From an uncultured bacterium (GTDB taxonomy: Bacteria; Patescibacteriota; Gracilibacteria; UBA1369; PNNO01), in NCBI GenBank assembly GCA_963704705.1, contig OY969931.1:390001-422000 (forward strand): a stretch of 32,000 nt of DNA, written 5' to 3'. Shown here piece after piece: positions 9,685 to 16,678 of the stretch. The notes below the pieces were generated by a model. It saw only the letters and a list, made by a program, of their open reading frames with translations, had not been told where the DNA came from and did no database searches. The translations under genes were made by a program, and so were the position numbers. Numbering within the stretch: position 1 is the stretch's first letter; each line of letters begins with the position of its first letter.

Positions 9685-9770
9685 AAGCTTCCGAAGAGGG
9701 AGTTTTTTAAACGACCGATTGAGGAGGTTTGGGCGGAGTATCTCGAACGAAGTGAGAGGCACCCGCTCCA
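9685..9770 (+). repeat. tRNA-flanking segment related to the upstream D-loop insert, ending in a second copy of the tRNA 3' end
   Basis: AAGCT..GAAGAGGGA (9685-9701) matches 9524-9539. GAACGAAGTGA (9745-9755) matches 9538-9548. ACCCGCTCCA (9761-9770) repeats 9675-9684. Confidence 0.6.
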
Positions 9771-9797
9771 TTATTTCGAAAAATCGCTTGTTTAAGC

Positions 9798-9941
9798 TTA
9801 CTTACGTCCTTTAATTAATCTTATCACAAGTACAACAACAGCGATGATAAGCAGAATATGGATGTATCCGCCCAACGTATACGAGCTTACAAGTCCAAGC
9901 ACCCATAAAATCAATAGGATTATAAAGATTGTCCAAAGCAT
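9798..9941 (-). CDS. small membrane protein resembling the lmo0937 family (47 aa)
   Basis: Absent from the ORF track because it is under 60 aa. My translation: MLWTIFIILLILWVLGLVSSYTLGGYIHILLIIAVVVLVIRLIKGRK. It resembles the widespread two-TM lmo0937-type family, recalled from memory. Confidence 0.65.
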   Translation of the reverse strand: MLWTIFIILLILWVLGLVSSYTLGGYIHILLIIAVVVLVIRLIKGRK

Positions 9942-9962
9942 ATATTTAAATTAAAAAATAAA

Positions 9963-10274
9963 TTATTTACGTTTCCACCAATTCAAAAATGTTACGATAG
10001 ATAACCAGATTATTACAACCAGCATTAATATTATGCCAAACACGGAATAACCCGGGAATGAACCCGTATTAGAATTTGAATTTAGACTTAGATATATAAT
10101 AACCCCTCCAATTATAAATATTCCGATTGAGATTATTAAATGTAATTTTAAAGGTTTGCTTTTTTGAACGGGCTGTTTGTTATTTTTTTGTGCAATTGAA
10201 TTTCCACATTTCGGGCATAATTCAGCATTATCTGATACTTCTGTATTGCACTCAGGGCAATGAATAAGATTCAT
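9963..10274 (-). CDS. zinc-ribbon domain membrane protein
   Basis: N-terminal CPEC...CPKCG zinc ribbon followed by two TM helices. The start is likely MNLIHCPEC at 10274, inside the 107-aa ORF. Confidence 0.7.
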   Translation of the reverse strand: MNLIHCPECNTEVSDNAELCPKCGNSIAQKNNKQPVQKSKPLKLHLIISIGIFIIGGVIIYLSLNSNSNTGSFPGYSVFGIILMLVVIIWLSIVTFLNWWKRK

Positions 10275-10387
10275 AATAATAAACAATAATTATTATGACG
10301 ATTATACCATAAGAATAATAATAAATCAGTCCATTGTTTGCTTCTTGAATAAATAGCTTTTCAAGCTTTTTTATATTTATAGGTGGG

Positions 10388-10409
10388 AGGGCGACCTTGC
10401 GATCGCCCT
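10388..10409 (-). terminator. hairpin downstream of the GC-rich lipoprotein gene (weak terminator candidate)
   Basis: AGGGCGA (10388-10394) pairs with TCGCCCT (10403-10409), giving a 7-bp stem. There is no clean U-tract on the minus strand. Confidence 0.3.
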
Positions 10410-10426
10410 TGAAAAGAGAAGTTGGT

Positions 10427-10921
10427 CTACATGTAGCAGTTGTCACCGCAGCCCGGGCCAGTGTTTGGATCGTTGTTCGGGATGCCGTCACCGTTGGAGT
10501 CCAGTTCCCCGTCACATGGCCCTGTTGGGTATGTGCAGGGATTGCAGGGATCCAGTTCGAGAGGGATCTCGGCGCGGTCCAGGACACCATCTCCATCTGA
10601 GTCTTTCTGAGAGGTCCACAGATCATCCAGTTCGAGCTCGGCCCAGCACTCATTGTTGGTCTTGATGTTCTCGAGACAGATGATGAAGGAATCCTCTCTC
10701 TGTTGTACACAGTTGATGCTGCATGCAGCACTGCTCGGATCCACTTCGCATTCCAGATCATTGACCTGGCATTGCAGTCCTGCAGTGTAGTAGTCCTGGA
10801 AGCAGTCACTGATGGACCGCGCGACCCACATGGTGTGAGGCGGACGATCTTCACCAGCAGTCTCTCCGCAAGCGGAAAAGACAGCGATGAACAGCACGAG
10901 CGAAATCAAACAGCGTTTCAT
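10427..10921 (-). CDS. GC-rich, Cys-rich secreted lipoprotein with thrombospondin-type-3-like calcium-binding repeats
   Basis: Signal peptide with lipobox (LVLFIAVFSAC). 16 Cys. Repeats DSDGDGVLD and DSNGDGIPNNDPN. Strong SD (AAGGAGGtttcgatATG). The line 10441-10500 counts 37/60 G+C. Confidence 0.8.
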   Translation of the reverse strand: MKRCLISLVLFIAVFSACGETAGEDRPPHTMWVARSISDCFQDYYTAGLQCQVNDLECEVDPSSAACSINCVQQREDSFIICLENIKTNNECWAELELDDLWTSQKDSDGDGVLDRAEIPLELDPCNPCTYPTGPCDGELDSNGDGIPNNDPNTGPGCGDNCYM

Positions 10922-11018
10922 ATCGAAACCTCCTTCAGGTGAAATGTTTGCAGACGAAAAGCCAACTTCTTAAAGATCAACTTGAATAGCACAGTAAGAC
11001 TGGCTATTTAAGAAGTGC

Positions 11019-11047
11019 ATTTTAGATAGATTCTCACATTCTGTCAA
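11019..11047 (-). promoter_or_regulatory. candidate promoter for the lipoprotein cassette (TTGACA-17-TAAAAT)
   Basis: On the minus strand, TTGACA spans 11047-11042, followed by a 17-nt spacer and TAAAAT at 11024-19. Lies about 95 nt upstream of the ATG at 10921. Confidence 0.4.
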
Positions 11048-11064
11048 TAGGGGTAGTTCGGAAG

Positions 11065-11092
11065 TTGTTAATTTTTAAAAAAGTGGTATAAT
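11065..11092 (+). promoter_or_regulatory. candidate promoter for the methyltransferase gene (TTGTTA-16-TATAAT)
   Basis: TTGTTA at 11065-11070 and a consensus TATAAT at 11087-11092, preceded by TGG (extended -10-like). Confidence 0.35.
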
Positions 11093-11117
11093 TTAAGCAG
11101 ATATTATTCTTCTAATT

Positions 11118-11834
11118 ATGCCAAAGAATTTTAGATTTAAGGAAAAATTAATGAATGGTGTATCTGAGTTTTCTCCAGTAGATAAAGCTTTAAGGAAACG
11201 AGCTGACTGGATTATTTCTGCAACAGGTGTTGAAGATGACATGACTGAAGGAGGGCATTATTTAGATGTTGGTACGGGAAAAGGACATATTACTCAACAA
11301 ATTTTAACAGATATGGAGCAAAAAGAAGCTCCTCTTGGTAGTTATTCGAGTATTGATATAGCTGATAAACCTCTTAAAAAAGTTCAAAAAAGAGAAAGGA
11401 AAAGATTACAACAGGTTGGAGTTGTTGAGAACACTAAAAATCCAATGGGATTTGCCTGGGCTTCAGCTGAAGCTTTACCTTATAAATCAGATAGTTTGGA
11501 TGGGGTTAGTTTCTTTTTTTCTATGCATCATGTAGATAAAGATGAGTTGGATGAGATAATTAATGAAGCAAAACGTTTAATTAAAAAAGAAGGAGGTCGC
11601 ATTTATATTGCTGAAGATTTGGTTGAAACAGAAGAACAAAGACAAATAACTGAAGATGTAGATCGAAAAGTTAATTGGGAAGATAAAGATGCCGAGCATA
11701 GTTATAAAAACAATAAAGAATGGGAGGAGTATTTTAATCAAATGGGATTGGAAGTTGTTAGGAGTACATTCTTTGAGACTGAGGAGAAAAAGGGGACCAT
11801 CCAACATGGTTTTTATGTATTGAAACTAAAATAA
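11118..11834 (+). CDS. class I SAM-dependent methyltransferase
   Basis: Motif I LDVGTGKGHIT and a post-I acidic residue. ALPYKSDSLDGVSFFFSMHHV is typical of the Methyltransf_11/UbiE-like fold. Confidence 0.8.
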   Translation: MPKNFRFKEKLMNGVSEFSPVDKALRKRADWIISATGVEDDMTEGGHYLDVGTGKGHITQQILTDMEQKEAPLGSYSSIDIADKPLKKVQKRERKRLQQVGVVENTKNPMGFAWASAEALPYKSDSLDGVSFFFSMHHVDKDELDEIINEAKRLIKKEGGRIYIAEDLVETEEQRQITEDVDRKVNWEDKDAEHSYKNNKEWEEYFNQMGLEVVRSTFFETEEKKGTIQHGFYVLKLK

Positions 11835-11850
11835 GATGTAATATAGACAT

Positions 11851-12099
11851 ATGCAAAATTACTATGTTTATTTGGCGCGATGCAGCGATGATAGTTTGTA
11901 TGCGGGTTATACAACTGATTTGAAGAATCGCGAAACAGCACATAATGAAGGTAAAGGCGCACGCTATACCCGTATGCGCAGGCCAATAAAGATTGTTTAT
12001 TTTGAGGAATTCAAAACAAAATCAGAGGCAATGAAGCGTGAATATGAATTAAAACACTGCAAGAAAGCTGAAAAAGAAAATCTGATAATATCAGCTTGA
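11851..12099 (+). CDS. GIY-YIG nuclease-family protein (small UPF0213/YhbQ type)
   Basis: 82 aa with YYVYLARCSDDSLYAGYTTDLKNR...H and a conserved E in the EYELK region. Confidence 0.85.
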   Translation: MQNYYVYLARCSDDSLYAGYTTDLKNRETAHNEGKGARYTRMRRPIKIVYFEEFKTKSEAMKREYELKHCKKAEKENLIISA

Positions 12100-12223
12100 C
12101 AAATATATTAAAACAATGATAAGCTTCGTTTGTCAAATCATTAGCTGTCCAAAAGGAGCATAGTCGAGTTTCAATTTAGGCAATCAAAGTTTGATACTAA
12201 ATTATTTTTTTACACATTGTAAA

Positions 12224-12430
12224 ATGCAAGAAGGAACTATTGCTCGTCTTGTTACGGACAGAGGGTTCGGATTCATCTCTCGAGAGGGAGAAGAAAAAGA
12301 TCTGTTTTTCCATTCAAATGAGCTTGTAGACGTAGATTACAAAGACCTTAAAGAAGGGGATAAAGTAACTTTTGAAGTTGCTGATGGTCCTAAAGGTCCT
12401 AATGCTACCAAGGTTACCCTAGTTAAATAG
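12224..12430 (+). CDS. cold-shock domain protein (CspA family)
   Basis: RNP1-like GFGFI and RNP2-like FFH motifs (GTIARLVTDRGFGFISREGEEKDLFFH). I took the ATG at 12224 (68 aa) inside the longer TTG ORF. Confidence 0.9.
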   Translation: MQEGTIARLVTDRGFGFISREGEEKDLFFHSNELVDVDYKDLKEGDKVTFEVADGPKGPNATKVTLVK

Positions 12431-12451
12431 GTTAATACTACAAAATTTAAA

Positions 12452-12489
12452 ACCGGAGAGCTCTTAAAGAGTTTCTCCGGTTTTTTTTA
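12452..12489 (+). terminator. rho-independent terminator after the cold-shock gene
   Basis: ACCGGAGA...TCTCCGGT stem followed by a run of 8 T. Confidence 0.7.
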
Positions 12490-12513
12490 TTTCGTTTATG
12501 ATAATATACTGCC

Positions 12514-13515
12514 ATGAATATTCAACTTTTAGAAAAACTCCTTGCTGACCAGCCCAGTTATCGCTTAACACAGGTGAAAAAGGCAATCTTTGGTAATCTT
12601 GTTTCGGATTGGGATCAGGTCACAACGCTTCCAAAAGAATTACGTGAGAAATTACAGGTGGAATGTCCTTTGACCATTGATTCGAACCTCTCAAAATCGA
12701 TCAATGAAAATACTGTTAAAGCGCTTATAAATCTTGAAGACGGGCTTTCGATCGAAGCGGTTTTAATGAAGCATAAAAACCGCAATACAGTTTGTGTTTC
12801 CAGTCAGGTCGGATGCTCTTTAAACTGCAGTTTCTGCGCCACAGGTAAAATGGGCTTTAAAAGAAATCTTGAGATGTCTGAGATTATTGAACAGATATTA
12901 TTTTTTTCCAGAATACTGAAAAATGAAGGGCAAAAAGTAACAAATGTTGTCTTTATGGGCATGGGAGAGCCTTTTTTGAATTATGATAACGTTGTCAGTG
13001 CAATAAGATATCTGAATGATAAATCCACTTTGAATTTGGGAATGCGGCATTTTTCTGTTTCAACTTCGGGCATTCCGGAGAAAATAAAAGCGTTCGCAGA
13101 TGAAAATTTTGAAGTGAATCTGGCTCTTTCTTTGCATGCTGCCGATGATGCGCTGCGTACAAAACTTATGCCTGTAAATAAAACTTATCCTCTTAAAAAT
13201 CTCTTGGATGCATTGGATTATTATCAAAATAAAACAAATCGCAAAATAATGTTTGAATATATTATGATAGATAAATTGAACGACAATGAATCCGATGCAA
13301 AAAAACTTATTCAAATTGCTCAAAATTATATTTGTATGGTTAATCTCATACCTTATAATCCTTCAAAAAACGCAATTTATAAGCCGTCAAACACACAACG
13401 AATAAAAAAGTTTAAAGCCATTCTCGAAAAAGCTAAAGTTAATGTTGTTCAAAGGTTTACGTTCGGCCAGGAGATTGATGCTGCGTGTGGTCAGCTGGCA
13501 AAGAGATCTCAATAA
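12514..13515 (+). CDS. rlmN: 23S rRNA/tRNA A2503-C2 methyltransferase, radical SAM (RlmN/Cfr family)
   Basis: Radical-SAM CxxxCxxC (GCSLNCSFCATG), GMGEPFLN, and a conserved C-terminal Cys (DAACGQL). Confidence 0.9.
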   Translation: MNIQLLEKLLADQPSYRLTQVKKAIFGNLVSDWDQVTTLPKELREKLQVECPLTIDSNLSKSINENTVKALINLEDGLSIEAVLMKHKNRNTVCVSSQVGCSLNCSFCATGKMGFKRNLEMSEIIEQILFFSRILKNEGQKVTNVVFMGMGEPFLNYDNVVSAIRYLNDKSTLNLGMRHFSVSTSGIPEKIKAFADENFEVNLALSLHAADDALRTKLMPVNKTYPLKNLLDALDYYQNKTNRKIMFEYIMIDKLNDNESDAKKLIQIAQNYICMVNLIPYNPSKNAIYKPSNTQRIKKFKAILEKAKVNVVQRFTFGQEIDAACGQLAKRSQ

Positions 13516-14110
13516 CAGTAACAAGATCTAAAGAAAAGGTTCGGTGAGATTTTACGTTGTAGAATTTTTCAATAATTGAATGGTCAAAACTATCCGCATA
13601 AAATAAATGTTTTGCAACAGGTTTAAACCAAAAATTTAAGTACCATTTTGGACGGGTGTAAAAAACAAGAAAGAATTTACCGCCGGGATTAAGGTGTTTT
13701 TGAGCGTTATTAACAAATTCAACAGGATTTTCAAGATGTGAAACAACCCATGTACAAATTAAAATATCAAATTTTTTATCCAAATTTTCAAGATTGGTGA
13801 CATCTCCGATCATGAATTCTACATTTTGTTTTTTTTTAAATTTATTTTTTGCGATTTGCAGCATTGAATCTGTGAAATCCATACCAAGATATTTTTTGAA
13901 TTTCAGTTTTAATTTGAAAATTTTATATAAATTAAGAGCTGTACCACAGCCGAGTTCCAAAATACTTTTACTTTCATCAATGTTTTGTTTTAAAAATTTT
14001 GTCAGAGTTTTTTCTGCCTGGCGTGCAATAATGAAATTCCACACAACCTTAAAGGGGTCGTACCATATTGCATTTAAACGCGAATACATTTTTTGAATTT
14101 GATTTTTCAT
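13457..14110 (-). CDS. class I SAM-dependent methyltransferase
   Basis: Motif I ILELGCGTA, then LGMDFT and FDILICTWVVSHL. I preferred the ATG at 14110 (MKNQIQ). The 3' end overlaps rlmN by about 59 nt in convergent orientation. Confidence 0.75.
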   Translation of the reverse strand: MKNQIQKMYSRLNAIWYDPFKVVWNFIIARQAEKTLTKFLKQNIDESKSILELGCGTALNLYKIFKLKLKFKKYLGMDFTDSMLQIAKNKFKKKQNVEFMIGDVTNLENLDKKFDILICTWVVSHLENPVEFVNNAQKHLNPGGKFFLVFYTRPKWYLNFWFKPVAKHLFYADSFDHSIIEKFYNVKSHRTFSLDLVTVIEISLPADHTQHQSPGRT

Positions 14111-14197
14111 GTATTCATGATAACACAATTATATTTTGCATATAAAAGGAAAATATTGTATATTATTAGTTAGTTTATTATTTCTAACCCTTTCTTT

Positions 14198-14416
14198 ATG
14201 AAAGCTGTTGGTTTAATTGCAATGATCCTGGTTGTAATTGGAGCTATTAATTGGGGCCTTATTGGTCTTGGTATGCTCATAGGATCAGATTTAAATGTTG
14301 TGAAATTGATTTTAGGATCAGTTCCAACTGTTGAAGCAATTGTATACCTATTGGTTGGAGTGTCTGGACTTCTTGTTGGATGGGTTCATGTGACAGGAAA
14401 ATGTGCTATGAAATAG
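14198..14416 (+). CDS. DUF378-type small membrane protein
   Basis: 72 aa with two TM helices and an INWGLIGL motif typical of DUF378. Confidence 0.7.
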   Translation: MKAVGLIAMILVVIGAINWGLIGLGMLIGSDLNVVKLILGSVPTVEAIVYLLVGVSGLLVGWVHVTGKCAMK

Positions 14417-14434
14417 TTAATGAAATTGAAAAAA

Positions 14435-14469
14435 AACCTGGTATAAAATATTTTGTGCCAGGTTTTTTT
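14435..14469 (+). terminator. rho-independent terminator of the DUF378 gene
   Basis: AACCTGG (14435-41) pairs with CCAGGTT (14458-64), followed by a T7 run. Confidence 0.65.
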
Positions 14470-14473
14470 GTAT

Positions 14474-14507
14474 ATGGAAAAGGCCGGCGCACAGGATGTG
14501 CGCCGGC
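14474..14507 (-). terminator. GC-rich hairpin terminator of the 242-aa GC-rich gene
   Basis: 10-bp stem GCCGGCGCAC (14483-92) / GTGCGCCGGC (14498-507) with a 5-nt loop. On the minus strand it is followed by TTTTCC. Lies 24 nt past the stop at 14531. Confidence 0.6.
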
Positions 14508-14530
14508 AGAGGCAGGCTTGGAGTCGGGGA

Positions 14531-15259
14531 CTAGAGGACGGTACGATCCGCTCCGCGGGTCGTCGGCGTTCCGGGGTTCGTGATGGCCTCGTAGATCACC
14601 TCGATGGTCGGCTTCTTGTCCGTCGTGAGCTTGAGCACGCCCGTGTGAGACCGGTTCATCTCGTCGATGGCCTCGATGGTGTTGGTGTGCCCGCTCGTGG
14701 TGACGAAGCGGAAGTCGCGGATGTTCTCGACGCCTTCTGGCAGAGGGGTGACCGTCGTGGTCCCGCAGGAGTAGAGGTAGTATGCCTCGGTGACGAGCTC
14801 AGAGTGCTCGTACTCGAGCACCGGCACGTTCCGCAGGTCGTCCGTGGTGAGACTGAAGAAGTTCCGAAGGGTGTTCAGCTCGGTCTTGCCGAGGAACTTG
14901 GTGGTGCCGATCCGGCTCACCGTGACACCCTCGATCTCGGGGACATCTGCGTTCTCGTAGGTCCCGAGCATGAACTTGGTGACCCAGATGATGCCGGCTG
15001 CGTCGTTGATGTACGCCTTCTTCTGGCCGGCATAGATGGCGATCAGACCCATGTCGGTGATACCGATGTAGGCCTTGATCTCCTTCAGCTGGATCACGCG
15101 CTCGAGGTGAGTGGTCCGGCTGGTGATGTTCGCCGCGAGGATCTCGGCCCACTGCTCGGTCGTGAACAGGTATGGGGTCTCCTTAGTCCTCTCGATGAAC
15201 ACGTTCCAGTCGGCCTTCATCATCTCGATGTCACGCTCGGTCAAAACAGGGATCTTCAT
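14531..15259 (-). CDS. hypothetical protein on the GC-rich island (242 aa)
   Basis: ATG at 15259 preceded by GGAGATGGGGAGGacaacaa. Strong third-position GC bias (AAG, GAG, ATC, TTC, CTC, ACC). Balanced amino-acid composition, unlike the R/G/D/L-rich ORF on the opposite strand. No family recognised. Confidence 0.7.
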   Translation of the reverse strand: MKIPVLTERDIEMMKADWNVFIERTKETPYLFTTEQWAEILAANITSRTTHLERVIQLKEIKAYIGITDMGLIAIYAGQKKAYINDAAGIIWVTKFMLGTYENADVPEIEGVTVSRIGTTKFLGKTELNTLRNFFSLTTDDLRNVPVLEYEHSELVTEAYYLYSCGTTTVTPLPEGVENIRDFRFVTTSGHTNTIEAIDEMNRSHTGVLKLTTDKKPTIEVIYEAITNPGTPTTRGADRTVL

Positions 15260-15674
15260 TTGTTGTCCTCCCCATCTCCTTCTAGGAGATGTGTTGTTTC
15301 GCCGCATCTAGCGGCTCTTCACCGGTACGCCACGGAATTGTGACGTACGGAAAGAAAATGAAAAACTCATCTATAAATTAAGCCTGATTATCAATATTGC
15401 AGTGCATCATTATTTGGACACACGCGATCAGTAATTTACGCAAATGAGGGCATAAAATCAAGGGAATTTTAATCGATTAACTAGACAAAATTACTCATAA
15501 TTTAGGTAAATAATTTATAAGTAAATAAGTAAAACAACTCAATTTATAAAATAAATATATATAATTCTTATTTAACCGAGAATAAGATATTTTTTGCGGC
15601 ATGCCTTCTTGGTTTTTATTTTGATTTAATACTATTATCATACAATAATCTAGCCCTTAGGTCAAGTAATGCGG

Positions 15675-15703
15675 TTGACAAAATTGATAATTTATATTAA
15701 AAT
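15675..15703 (+). promoter_or_regulatory. candidate promoter of the HTH/GHKL operon (TTGACA-17-TAAAAT)
   Basis: Consensus -35 TTGACA at 15675-80, a 17-nt spacer, and TAAAAT at 15698-703. Lies about 165 nt upstream of the ATG at 15869. Confidence 0.45.
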
Positions 15704-15737
15704 TGCTGCCAACTTTGGTGATTGTTGGTTTGGCTTA

Positions 15738-15749
15738 TTTGTGCACAAA
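15738..15749. promoter_or_regulatory. perfect 12-bp palindrome TTTGTGCACAAA (candidate operator)
   Basis: Read directly from the sequence. Lies about 35 nt downstream of the -10 element, inside the predicted leader of an operon whose first gene encodes an HTH protein. Confidence 0.3.
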
Positions 15750-15813
15750 CTCAGCATTCTTCAATAGAATTTTCATCAAAGTGATACTTGAAACATCGGC
15801 TAGCAACAAAAAC

Positions 15814-15830
15814 ATCCCAAATTCTGGGAT
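15814..15830. promoter_or_regulatory. inverted repeat ATCCCA-n5-TGGGAT (candidate operator or leader hairpin)
   Basis: 6-bp arms at 15814-19 and 15825-30, about 40 nt upstream of the ATG. Confidence 0.25.
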
Positions 15831-15868
15831 TTAAAGATAACAAAACTGAAAAAGGAAGGAGAAATCGT

Positions 15869-16678
15869 ATGAGTCGCTGGAAAGAAAGGCTTGACCCCGC
15901 ATGCGGGGCTGCAACACAACAATTGATGGAGAAAACGGGCTTCTCACAAGCTCAACTTGGAAAGATCCTCAACTGTGATCCCTCCGAGGTATCACGTGCG
16001 GCAAAGGGCTATCGACCTTTTGCAACAGTGCTGGCGCGTTTGTACATCATGACTGATGATAAGGCATTCGCGCCCAAGAACCCGCTTGAAAAAGAGCGGT
16101 TCGACAAGGAACGAGCTTCGCTTGTTCCAAGTCTTAAAAAGTATCTCGAAAAAGGGGTACCTGAATCGAAGGTCGCCAAGGACGATCCTAGCGACCTTAC
16201 TGCGAAGTTTATTATTATCCTTCAGACTCTGGGAGACATCCTTGGGGTTGATTGGAGGGATATTCGAGAGCTTGCGCAGGGTATTCTCGGTGAAAAACAA
16301 AGCAGACCAAGCGAGGTCATCGAATCTCCGTGGTTCGACCGGCTGATGTCCGGCGTCTCGGAAGTCAGTGGCCAACAGCTTGGTGGAGTTCGTTTTGTCC
16401 TTACAGAAGGGTCTTTTAGGCCTTTGAAGGGGCAATTCACACCTGCGGAAGTGCAGGATACTCGCCTTCTGCTTCAGGAGCTTCGGCGTAGGATTAACCT
16501 CGTGACCCAGCTGCAAAATAAAGCAGCCAGAGCACAGATTCTTAAGAAACTTGCACCGGAAATAAGGGAGCTCTACCTTGCTATTGAGCGATCTAAGGAT
16601 GCCGATCCGTCAAGAACTGCTGAACGAATCAGCCAACTCCGAAAACTAACCGCCCTCAAGGGGGCGGGAGAAAGGTAA
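15869..16678 (+). CDS. XRE-like helix-turn-helix protein with an uncharacterised C-terminal region of about 220 aa
   Basis: ATG at 15869 preceded by AAGGAAGGAGaaatcgt. HTH-like segment TQQLMEKTGFSQAQLGKILNCDPSEVSRAAKG (aa 16-46). Compositionally foreign relative to the flanks. The stop lies 6 nt before the next ATG. Confidence 0.75.
   Translation: MSRWKERLDPACGAATQQLMEKTGFSQAQLGKILNCDPSEVSRAAKGYRPFATVLARLYIMTDDKAFAPKNPLEKERFDKERASLVPSLKKYLEKGVPESKVAKDDPSDLTAKFIIILQTLGDILGVDWRDIRELAQGILGEKQSRPSEVIESPWFDRLMSGVSEVSGQQLGGVRFVLTEGSFRPLKGQFTPAEVQDTRLLLQELRRRINLVTQLQNKAARAQILKKLAPEIRELYLAIERSKDADPSRTAERISQLRKLTALKGAGER

Noticed and set aside
10252-10854. 200-aa minus-strand ORF and several 66-79-aa ORFs overlapping the lipoprotein gene
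   Set aside because: These are alternative frames of the same GC-rich block. They are Arg/Ser/Thr-rich and have no start context. The 164-aa frame has a signal peptide, a lipobox, calcium-binding repeats and a perfect SD.
9675-10925. tRNA-Gly 3'-end repeat acting as attL/attR of an integrated element that carries the first GC-rich cassette
   Set aside because: The second ACCCGCTCCA copy lies only 86 nt downstream of the tRNA and about 600 nt before the GC-rich block. Host-like genes lie between them, and there is no integrase.
11118-12099. Methyltransferase + GIY-YIG nuclease as a restriction-modification pair
   Set aside because: The methyltransferase has small-molecule (UbiE-like) motifs, not the DPPY/NPPY or PCQ motifs of DNA methyltransferases. 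The 82-aa GIY-YIG protein is the standalone UPF0213/YhbQ type and has no DNA-recognition domain.
13457-13515. 59-nt convergent overlap of rlmN and the downstream methyltransferase as a regulatory antisense feature
   Set aside because: It is more likely an over-extended C-terminus of the minus-strand ORF (its tail ...PADHTQHQSPGRT looks non-conserved). I have no independent evidence of function.
14453-15343. 296-aa plus-strand ORF covering the second GC-rich block, plus the nested 117-aa minus-strand ORF at 14799-15152
   Set aside because: The translation is an R/G/D/L/V-rich low-complexity sequence typical of antisense frames in GC-rich DNA. It has no SD. The opposite-strand 242-aa frame has balanced composition, GC3 bias, an SD and a terminator.
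15506-15560. Short direct word repeats in the AT-rich divergent spacer (GTAAATAA twice, AATTTATAA twice) as iterons or an origin
   Set aside because: These are low-complexity words in DNA of roughly 20-25% GC. Such repeats are expected by chance, and there is no DnaA-box-like or regular spacing pattern.
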